Source: a virus (taxonomy: Duplodnaviria > Caudoviricetes). Taken from it: DNA of 64,000 bases. This document shows, piece after piece, positions 18,964 to 26,344 of the stretch. The stretch's first letter is position 1. Every line of letters begins with the position of its first letter. The stretch lies in the IMG/VR virus record IMGVR_UViG_3300021426_000005; one strand, given 5' to 3'. A model generated the notes under the pieces. It made no database searches. It saw only the letters and a list, made by a program, of their open reading frames with translations, and had not been told where the DNA came from. Made by a program: the position numbers and the translations under genes.

Positions 18964-19671
18964 TCAGAATAATTTATGAGTTTTTGATTTCTTCTTATAA
19001 TAACTTGGGGTATAGTAATCTGGTTGAGAATCAAATGCTTCTTCACAGATATCTACTATATGTTCGCATAAGAGCTTAGGGATCCTGCTACGTTCTACAT
19101 GGTCTTTTAGCCCCTGAGTTCCAGTTCTGCTCCCCCTCGGTGCAGCTATATGGCAGAGATCACCGTTCTTGCATGGTGGCTTAAATCTAGGATCAGGATG
19201 ATTAGTCCATATATCCGTAGGCTTCATTCTACTATCCCCGTAGCCACAGTAAGTGGTGGTATATCTAGGTAAAGACTGGATCCATGACATCTTCCGCATA
19301 CCGCCCCTAGGGTTTTCAATAAACCAGAACTTAGGCTTGAGTTCATCTACTAAATCCAAACAATGCTGGTCTATAATATCACACTGTCTGGCATACTCGC
19401 TGATAGGGTCTAATGAACCTGTTATTGGGTTTAGCGTTCTGTGGTGTGAGATCGCCGCTATGGAATAAGTCGTACAATCGAAGCTCATCCACACAACATC
19501 AGGTCTACCGAATTTAGACAGAACTTCATCTACACTAAGATTTCCAATGTCTGCATATAAATCTATATCAGGAAATGACCTTTCCCAATCAACACTGAAA
19601 ACTTCATGACCTTTAGCTTCAAATGCTTTTCCGATAGATCTAGTTCCAGCAAATAATTCTAACACTTTCAT
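18964..19671 (-). CDS. C5-methyltransferase-like protein (short)
   Basis: VLELFAG, SFDCTTYS, FIENP, KPTDIW. Confidence 0.8.
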   Translation of the reverse strand: MKVLELFAGTRSIGKAFEAKGHEVFSVDWERSFPDIDLYADIGNLSVDEVLSKFGRPDVVWMSFDCTTYSIAAISHHRTLNPITGSLDPISEYARQCDIIDQHCLDLVDELKPKFWFIENPRGGMRKMSWIQSLPRYTTTYCGYGDSRMKPTDIWTNHPDPRFKPPCKNGDLCHIAAPRGSRTGTQGLKDHVERSRIPKLLCEHIVDICEEAFDSQPDYYTPSYYKKKSKTHKLF

Positions 19672-19976
19672 TCAGTGTGCTCCCATTCATTGCATTTGCG
19701 ATTAAGGTATGCAGATATACACTTATCACAAGTAGATACGCTTGGATATTTGCTATAATTTTCGTAATCATCGGGTTTGGAATGACAATGCTTCACCCAC
19801 ATACCATGCTCTCCAAGTGCATCAAGAACACAGCATTGACCATGACTGCGGAGTATAATGGATGTGTTCATACTTCTAAGCAAATCCCCTATCCAAATAT
19901 TAGTCAATCTTTCGCTATTTATAGGAATTCGCTCGGGTTGGTCATTGTAATGATCTAGATTGCAGAGATCTAACAT
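19668..19976 (-). CDS. hypothetical Cys-rich protein
   Basis: AGGAG RBS; first gene after a TCGTTA motif. Confidence 0.6.
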   Translation of the reverse strand: MLDLCNLDHYNDQPERIPINSERLTNIWIGDLLRSMNTSIILRSHGQCCVLDALGEHGMWVKHCHSKPDDYENYSKYPSVSTCDKCISAYLNRKCNEWEHTE

Positions 19977-20092
19977 AATCGCTCACACTCCTATAATATC
20001 TATAACGACGGGCAAATGCCAAAAAGCAGACCCATTTCCTATTGAGTCTGCTTTGGCTTTGGAGGTCATAGCAATGGCGAACTATGACACGA

Positions 20093-20167
20093 TGGTGATC
20101 CGTAGGGGAGTTGAACCCCTGTTCCCAGAATGAAAATCTGATGTCTTGACCACTTGACCAACGGACC
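20093..20167 (-). tRNA. tRNA-Glu(TTC)
   Basis: Cloverleaf; TCAGA-TTTTCAT-TCTGG; CCA encoded. Confidence 0.9.
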
Positions 20168-20174
20168 ACAATAG

Positions 20175-20250
20175 TGGTGCGACCAGAGGGGTTTGAACCC
20201 TCGACCTACCGCTTAAAAGGCGGTTGCTCTGCCGACTGAGCTATAGTCAC
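20175..20250 (-). tRNA. tRNA-Lys(TTT)
   Basis: ACCGC-CTTTTAA-GCGGT; CCA encoded. Confidence 0.92.
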
Positions 20251-20255
20251 ATATG

Positions 20256-20366
20256 CACTGTAAGCTGGTATCCGGTGCTTCTAATACCGTAGTGTGTAGG
20301 TAGTTTACCATGGTACTATCCTACTTGCTTTGCACTGTCCTCCGAAATTGAACGATGCTTACAGTG
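20256..20366 (-). ncRNA. unknown structured RNA between tRNAs
   Basis: 10-bp closing stem CACTGTAAGC/GCTTACAGTG plus internal hairpins. Confidence 0.5.
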
Positions 20367-20368
20367 AT

Positions 20369-20446
20369 TGGTCCGGATGACAGGACTCGAACCTGCGACC
20401 TCTTGATCCCAAATCAAGAATTCTAACCAAACTGAAATACATCCGG
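20369..20446 (-). tRNA. tRNA-Pro(TGG)
   Basis: CTTGA-TTTGGGA-TCAAG; CCA encoded. Confidence 0.9.
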
Positions 20447-20450
20447 ATAT

Positions 20451-20538
20451 TGGTGCTACCAATCAGACTTGAACTGATAATGAATTTTACTTCGCTGGAT
20501 TTTAAGTCCAGTGTGTCTGCCTATTCCACCATGGTAGC
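20451..20538 (-). tRNA. tRNA-Leu(TAA)
   Basis: CTGGA-CTTAAAA-TCCAG; long variable arm; CCA encoded. Confidence 0.9.
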
Positions 20539-20543
20539 AAATG

Positions 20544-20581
20544 TGGTACTTGAAGTAAGATTTGAATTCACATCAAGTACC
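20544..20581 (-). pseudogene. tRNA-Leu-like minihelix remnant (acceptor plus T arm)
   Basis: GGTACTTGA-TGTGAA-TTCAAAT-CTTAC-TTCAAGT-ACCA; 3' end TCAAGTACCA identical to tRNA-Leu(CAA). Confidence 0.5.
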
Positions 20582-20853
20582 GTTTGGTCGGGTTTACAGG
20601 GAGCGACCCCATATTCCCAATGAGTTGCCTACACAAGAACGTGTAACTTATGTAGGACTTTTATCCCTTTTGCTAGTTTCCGTAGGTAGCTACTTCTACA
20701 GGTTTGCTCATAATCAGGGACGATTTGATGGCTGTTCCGTCTTCATCAATTCTACATCACAAAATTGTAATATCTAAGATACTAGTATTTTACAATGCTG
20801 CCACACCGTTTTTGGATAGTTGGTCCGGAGTTTCTTATCTGGGTCATTGCAAA

Positions 20854-20887
20854 ATTTCAATCCACGCTCCCCGTGAGAGGGGGCGAC
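20854..20887 (-). CRISPR. solitary type I-C-like CRISPR repeat (no array, no cas)
   Basis: GTCGCCCCCTCTCACGGGGAGCGTGGATTGAAAT. Confidence 0.8.
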
Positions 20888-20901
20888 ACCATAATCTCCG
20901 G

Positions 20902-20987
20902 TGGTACTTGAGGTGGGAATTGAACCCACAATGTCTTTCGACACTTGTTTTTGAGACAAGCTCCTATGCCTATTCGGATACTCAAGC
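20902..20987 (-). tRNA. tRNA-Leu(CAA)
   Basis: CTTGT-CTCAAAA-ACAAG; variable arm TGTCGAAAGACA; CCA encoded. Confidence 0.9.
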
Positions 20988-21083
20988 ATATGCCCGGTTT
21001 CAGACCGCAGCTATTGCCACGGTCCGTAACCGGAATCTGAAAAGGTGGTGTATTACCGCCGTACAAAAGGAGAAAACGGCGAT

Positions 21084-21168
21084 TGGTGGGGATAACAGGG
21101 ATCGAACCTGCATGAATTTCTTCACCAGAACCTAAATCTGGCGCGTGTGCCAATTTCGCCATATCCCC
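21084..21168 (-). tRNA. tRNA-Leu(TAG)
   Basis: CCAGA-TTTAGGT-TCTGG; CCA encoded. Confidence 0.9.
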
Positions 21169-21169
21169 A

Positions 21170-21994
21170 CTAGAATAATCGGTTTGTTGCTCTGGCTGGC
21201 TTAATGCTATCTAAACGGCTTTTTGCAATCTCACAATACTCCGGAACTGCTTCAATCAACACCCAGTCCCTTCCTAAACTCTGTGCTACTTTTGCAGTAG
21301 TACCGCTACCACCAAAGGGATCTAGAATTAAGTCACCTGGATTACTCCATGAAATGATGTGATCTTCAACTAGTTTCTCCGGAAAGATTGCAGGATGCTT
21401 GTATGCGATTTCATCAGAAGTAGCAAAGCCTTTGCCGTTAGCATAGCGCCATATGTTCGTTCTGATACCGAATTCACTGATAACCTTTCTACCTTTATTT
21501 GTAAGACTACCGTCCTTTTCACGCCGGGTAACTTCACCATAAGTAGATGTTCCAGCCCATTTGTTAGGCTTATCTTTTATAAGGTTTATGGTTTTAGGTC
21601 TCCCTTTGCTTAGAACGAACATATACTCAAAGGCGTTGAAATACCTGTTGGGGTGGGGCGGTCCGGAGCCGGCCTTCTCATAGATGATCACATCGTACAT
21701 ATCGAAGCCGATCTCCTGGAAGAACAGCGCCTGCTTGAAGCTGGTCAGGGTCTTGCTGCCCTTCAGGGTCTTATCCCCTACCACCCAGACCACGACTCCG
21801 CCGGGCTTCATCACACGGTAAAGCTCCCTGGCGATGGTCTGGAAGACCTCCATATCCCACGAAGCCACGCCCTCGTAGTCTCTTAGGTCGTCGTAGGGCG
21901 GACTAGTCACCACCAGGTCGATGCACTCCGCCGGGAATTCCTTCAGCAGCCGGTCGGATCTGTCGTTGAAGATTTTATTTACAAAATCAAACAT
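21170..21994 (-). CDS. DNA N4C/N6A methyltransferase (beta class)
   Basis: VTSPPY, HPAIFPE, LDPFGGSGTT. Confidence 0.93.
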   Translation of the reverse strand: MFDFVNKIFNDRSDRLLKEFPAECIDLVVTSPPYDDLRDYEGVASWDMEVFQTIARELYRVMKPGGVVVWVVGDKTLKGSKTLTSFKQALFFQEIGFDMYDVIIYEKAGSGPPHPNRYFNAFEYMFVLSKGRPKTINLIKDKPNKWAGTSTYGEVTRREKDGSLTNKGRKVISEFGIRTNIWRYANGKGFATSDEIAYKHPAIFPEKLVEDHIISWSNPGDLILDPFGGSGTTAKVAQSLGRDWVLIEAVPEYCEIAKSRLDSIKPARATNRLF

Positions 21995-22011
21995 TTCACA
22001 CCTCTAACACT

Positions 22012-22046
22012 GTGTGAGATGTGACATCGAAATCACATCTCACATA
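22012..22046. terminator. strong hairpin
   Basis: TGTGAGATGTGA...TCACATCTCACA. Confidence 0.5.
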
Positions 22047-22101
22047 ATGTAATTCAGACCCTTCGCTATAGGTCATGAAGTGAAGCCAAAGGCATCACCG
22101 T

Positions 22102-22210
22102 TGGAGCGGTGTGTAGGTCCTACCCCTACTGGTGGTTACAACCACCTAACAGCATAAACCACCTATATGATGTATGTTGAATGTACGTCATATCGCCGCA
22201 CTGACACCGC
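22102..22210 (-). ncRNA. tRNA-like RNA with CCA end and non-canonical arms
   Basis: Acceptor GCGGTGT/ACACCGC-T-CCA; T-like arm GTAGG-GGTAGGA-CCTAC. Confidence 0.55.
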
Positions 22211-22478
22211 ATATGTATGCCAGTCTTTCCTGGCCGTCAACTTGTCTTTCCAAGTGGTCATCTATCTAGGTCAAAGAAAATATTTACTGAGCGGTTTGAC
22301 CTATAAACCACTTCTTTTCGTCTTTCCGAACCGTCATACGATTTTACAACAGATTTAATTCGTAGTCTATTAACGTATCTGTCAACTCTTTTCATCACAC
22401 TGATACAAGAGATTCAAGCTGCGTCGTCGTTCTTCCTTTTATTTATTGACCCAGTAAACACGATAAAAGTTAGGTCTA

Positions 22479-22554
22479 TGGTTGGTGTAGAGGGATTTGA
22501 ACCCCCGAATAACGGAATCAAAATCCGTGGTCTTAACCGCTTGACGATACACCA
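22479..22554 (-). tRNA. tRNA-Gln(TTG)
   Basis: ACGGA-TTTTGAT-TCCGT; CCA encoded. Confidence 0.9.
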
Positions 22555-22604
22555 ATAAATTTTATACTTGATTTTGGCAGTATACCTATCTTATACCAAA
22601 TCCG

Positions 22605-22698
22605 TGGGGGCGGTGGGATTTGAACCCACAATCTTCTTTGCTTTCCAGAGAAGTAATAACTTCTAAGGCAAGTGACTTAGCTTTTAGTCGACGCCTCC
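22605..22698 (-). ncRNA. tRNA-like gene with a 26-nt expanded anticodon loop
   Basis: Normal acceptor, D and T arms; anticodon stem encloses CTTAGAAGTTATTACTTCTCTGGAAA. Confidence 0.6.
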
Positions 22699-22870
22699 TA
22701 CATGAAGAGCTTCCGCCACTTCATGATTAGATCAGTTATAAGACAGGTTTACACTACCATTACGTTCATTTTGTTCTGTCCAGATCAAGCTGGATCTCAT
22801 TTGTGGCTGATGAACGAACGTCCCACCAGAAATTTGCATTCACAATGTGGGAGAAAGAAACAGCCCTGGA

Positions 22871-22976
22871 TGGCAGCAGTGAGAATCGAACTCACCAGCG
22901 AATGAATATGGTCTGTACTTCTACAGTCCTGAGATTCAAGTTAAATCTCTACATTCCCACTTCAGTGGTCGCCGCC
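22871..22976 (-). ncRNA. tRNA-like RNA with a two-hairpin insert in place of the anticodon loop
   Basis: GGCGGCG/TGCTGCC acceptor; GTGAG-TTCGATT-CTCAC T arm. Confidence 0.55.
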
Positions 22977-23198
22977 AAAAATGTCCCCAGAAGTTCTATA
23001 TACCTCTGGGAAATAAAAGAAGAGGTATTTATTTGGATGTCAGTTTCTGCTTTGTTTTGCTTGTGTGTAAGCAGGATCACACATTGGACAAGAAACCAAG
23101 TCATCACCTCAGTTTCCTGATACACCCCATGAAGGGGATTCACATGGGGTGTTATTTGGGGAAGATGTCCGCAGCTACTGACGCAGATTGCTGTGGAC

Positions 23199-23275
23199 TG
23201 GTGGAACATGAAGGACTTGAACCTTCGATCGTCCGGTTATGAGCCGGAAGCCTTAACCAGCTTGGCCAATGTTCC
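23199..23275 (-). tRNA. tRNA-Met or Ile2 (CAT)
   Basis: TCCGG-CTCATAA-CCGGA; CCA encoded. Confidence 0.9.
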
Positions 23276-23358
23276 ACATACCGCAGACGTAGTGTCATCT
23301 GCGGTAGTACGATTAAGGACGGTTGAAGAAGTAACCTTCTTCTAATTACATTAACGAT

Positions 23359-23763
23359 TCAATGATTTCGGTTTTTTGTAGGCTTCGACTTATATCTAGG
23401 TCTGGTCTTATCACCATTTATACTGCGGTGCTTATCATTGAATGACTGCTGTGCCGATAGTATCATACTGTCAAGATTTCTGGCTGGTTCAGATACAACA
23501 AGATGCTTCGGCTGCAAACCTTCATTCCGCAAACTTAGCTCTGGACCACGACCAGTATCAACACATTCAGCAGTAAGTTCCTTACCGACTGAAACGACAT
23601 CGGCTACATCATGCACAAAAGACTGTGATAGCTTTGAAATGTGGATGAAACCGGTATACTTTGTACCCAGCAGTTCTACAATGATACCCTTATCCAAGAG
23701 CTTCATAACTGACACTGGATACTGTTTACCGATTTCAAGAAATCCTTCTGGTAATCTTTCCAT
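23359..23763 (-). CDS. S1 RNA-binding domain protein (YugI/YabR-like)
   Basis: GFIHISKLSQSFVHDV...VSVG...ELSLR; start moved to MERLPEG. Confidence 0.8.
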   Translation of the reverse strand: MERLPEGFLEIGKQYPVSVMKLLDKGIIVELLGTKYTGFIHISKLSQSFVHDVADVVSVGKELTAECVDTGRGPELSLRNEGLQPKHLVVSEPARNLDSMILSAQQSFNDKHRSINGDKTRPRYKSKPTKNRNH

Positions 23764-23764
23764 G

Positions 23765-25579
23765 TTATTCTCCAATTCTAACGGTGAATTTATCAAATTC
23801 TGGAATGTCAGAATGCTGTACTCCAGCAAGTATTATCTGTATTCCAGTAATCTTATATAAGGTTTTTAACGTGTGTGCGATAGATGGCGGATCTAGGTGA
23901 TCAAGTAGATCATCGACAAGAAGCAACCTAAATTCATTATCTGAATTATTCTGCTGGTTGATTGTAATGAGTAGAGCTAATGTGAACAGACATTTCTCTC
24001 CGCTTGAAAGACCGCTGTATTCTATATAGCTTTCATCACGAACTATACCAAATTCAAAGCTGTTCGCTTTCTCTCCTACTAGGAATTTCGCTGAAACATT
24101 ATTGTGAAAGATAGAAGTCAGTATCGGTGTCATTGCTGACTCAAATTGTGTGAATGGTGCGATCATGATTTTTGACTGCCAGCCGTTGACACCTGATAGC
24201 TTTTCCCAAGCCTTGTAAATAGTCAGCTTTTCTTCTGCAAGCTGCTTCTCGGAAAGAAGCTCCGCACCTAACTTGAAGTATTTCTCATTTGCAGCTACCT
24301 TTACTGCTAAATCCTGAAGTTTGTCAATTTCCTTGGAAATTTCCACAACCTCCGCTTCAGCATTAGCCAACTCCATATCACCTAGAGACTCATCTAGCTG
24401 GGATTTGAGGTTATCATATGTGGTATATTCAGCTTTTATAGCACTGATACGATACTTGACCTTATTATATGCGTCCTTTGTATTGCTGAGTTTAGTCTTT
24501 GCACTGTTAAGGTGTATCTGCTGATGATTTAGGGTTTCATTAAGGGTATCTAATTCACCCTTCAACTGCTGGATCTGCCGAGATATGCTGTCACAAGTGG
24601 AATTGGTAAACGGACATATTCCGCCGCCGGATATGATCTTCTCATGATCACGGATTTGGTTGATTGTCGTAGCTATATCCGCTGAACTGCGTGGAACTTC
24701 TTCCTCCAGGAACTCTAAATCTTTTGTACACTCAGCTAACTTATCCAAAAGCTCTTTGTACTCCTGGTTATCATCCAGTGAAGGAGAATACTGTGAAATT
24801 GTTAGCTTGCTTAATTTATCCTTTATCTTATCATTGGATCTGCATTTGTATACTTTTTCGGATGCCACAGAGTGTCGAATTTTCAACACACGGAGCTTTT
24901 CTTGAATAGTTTCATTGGTGATAGTGCTGTCGCAATCATCATAGTATACCAAGCTCTGAATGGTATGATCAATGCGCTGAATATCGCCCTTTAATACAGA
25001 CATATTCTCTTTGCATATAGCATTGAAGTTCTTTAATCGGGCAATGACCTGCTCACCTTCAAGAAGACCTACTGCATCATCTAACATAGATTTATCTATG
25101 ATCTCGACCGTAGGTGCCACAGCTTTAAGCTCGGCACTCCAATCTATAGACTTTGAACTCTTAGGTAAGAACTCAACAAACCAATCCTTCAGCTTATTAG
25201 CAGTCATACCGATGAATTCGTTGAAGTTACATATTGGGAGTGTGCGATTTCCAAGTAAGGACTCTACATCAAAGCCTTCTGGTTTCGTAGTAATCGTATT
25301 TTTAATGCTTTTACCATCACGAAACCACTGACGGAGTATTTCAGTACCGTCATCGAACAGCAAGCATACTGACATCATCGGACCGTTTGAATGTTTGAAA
25401 ATTGCAGCATTCGTCTTATCTGTACCTGGGATATATCCCAGAATGCCAAGCTGTATGGCTTGCATTATAGTTGATTTACCAGCTCCGTTTTTTCCATAGA
25501 AGTAAGTCATGTCAGACAAATCATAGGTTGCATCAGTTACTTTGTGCATTCCATGAATACTTATAGATGAAAGTTTCAT
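23765..25579 (-). CDS. SMC/Rad50(SbcC)-like ATPase
   Basis: GKNGAGKST, central coiled coil with Cys hook, LSSGE, LLVDD. Confidence 0.88.
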   Translation of the reverse strand: MKLSSISIHGMHKVTDATYDLSDMTYFYGKNGAGKSTIMQAIQLGILGYIPGTDKTNAAIFKHSNGPMMSVCLLFDDGTEILRQWFRDGKSIKNTITTKPEGFDVESLLGNRTLPICNFNEFIGMTANKLKDWFVEFLPKSSKSIDWSAELKAVAPTVEIIDKSMLDDAVGLLEGEQVIARLKNFNAICKENMSVLKGDIQRIDHTIQSLVYYDDCDSTITNETIQEKLRVLKIRHSVASEKVYKCRSNDKIKDKLSKLTISQYSPSLDDNQEYKELLDKLAECTKDLEFLEEEVPRSSADIATTINQIRDHEKIISGGGICPFTNSTCDSISRQIQQLKGELDTLNETLNHQQIHLNSAKTKLSNTKDAYNKVKYRISAIKAEYTTYDNLKSQLDESLGDMELANAEAEVVEISKEIDKLQDLAVKVAANEKYFKLGAELLSEKQLAEEKLTIYKAWEKLSGVNGWQSKIMIAPFTQFESAMTPILTSIFHNNVSAKFLVGEKANSFEFGIVRDESYIEYSGLSSGEKCLFTLALLITINQQNNSDNEFRLLLVDDLLDHLDPPSIAHTLKTLYKITGIQIILAGVQHSDIPEFDKFTVRIGE

Positions 25580-25591
25580 ATGGGATCTCCT

Positions 25592-25825
25592 TTAGTATGA
25601 TATAAATTCAAAACGATATTCTTGAACGGCCTCGGGGTACTTTTCTTTATCAACCTTTGACGTGAACATATCCAGAGGTCTAGACCACAATTCATTAGTT
25701 CCCAGGTGTTCATACACGACCAAGGGCTCCCCAGTCTCAGTATGCTTAGATACACCGATTACCCGAATGTATGCACCTTTGAAGTGGCGATACACACCAC
25801 AAGCTACCTGCTTCACTGATTTCAC
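25592..25825 (-). CDS. DUF1653 family protein
   Basis: YRHFKG...HTETGE.LVVY...WSRP..MF. Confidence 0.9.
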   Translation of the reverse strand: MKSVKQVACGVYRHFKGAYIRVIGVSKHTETGEPLVVYEHLGTNELWSRPLDMFTSKVDKEKYPEAVQEYRFEFISY

Positions 25826-25826
25826 C

Positions 25827-26276
25827 TCACTTCGCTAATTTCTCAAGCAGCTGTTCATATAGCTGTTTATAAAGATCACGTTCTGTTTTAATAACCAGAT
25901 CCGGTGATATTTCCGGCTGAATCGGTGATATGATTTTAGGCGGATTACAGTTCAATCCCAAGGACGCCATAAGTGCATCATCTATAGGCTTCATCTCAGC
26001 ATCTGTAAGGGACGTTATATAATCTCCAATCCGATTAACAGATACTGAATTGACCTGCTCACATAGAACGGTTGATGTCACGCCGTTTGCGGTCACTTCA
26101 GCATGAGTTGGTAACTCAGGTTTATGCCTAGTAGTAAGATATACTACTTCAAGAACGTTGCTGAAGTGGTTGTTGGTGTTGTTTGATACAATTACACCAG
26201 GTCTACCAGCTTCCTGCTCTGAGCCATATGCGGGCTGCTTGTATATGTAGAAAATATCTCCACGTTTGTATTCCAT
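25827..26276 (-). CDS. PemK/MazF family protein
   Basis: KRGDIFY...GSEQ..GRPGVIVSN...CEQV. Confidence 0.88.
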   Translation of the reverse strand: MEYKRGDIFYIYKQPAYGSEQEAGRPGVIVSNNTNNHFSNVLEVVYLTTRHKPELPTHAEVTANGVTSTVLCEQVNSVSVNRIGDYITSLTDAEMKPIDDALMASLGLNCNPPKIISPIQPEISPDLVIKTERDLYKQLYEQLLEKLAK

Positions 26277-26344
26277 TTTTATTCTCCTTTATATTATTTT
26301 TGTAATGAAACGTTTAGCATCTTATATATACTATAACGACACGG

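Noticed and set aside
20780-20900. Full CRISPR array or mini-array
   Set aside because: Only one repeat is visible, with no second copy at spacer distance on either side.
22102-22210. Selenocysteine tRNA (TCA in a loop)
   Set aside because: It lacks the tRNA-Sec acceptor, D-arm and T-loop geometry; kept only as a tRNA-like RNA.
19942-23242. ORF-track entries overlapping the tRNA cluster (e.g. 19942..20169, 20704..21135, 20857..21162, 22803..23120)
   Set aside because: They overlap clear tRNA or structured RNA genes and lack coding features.
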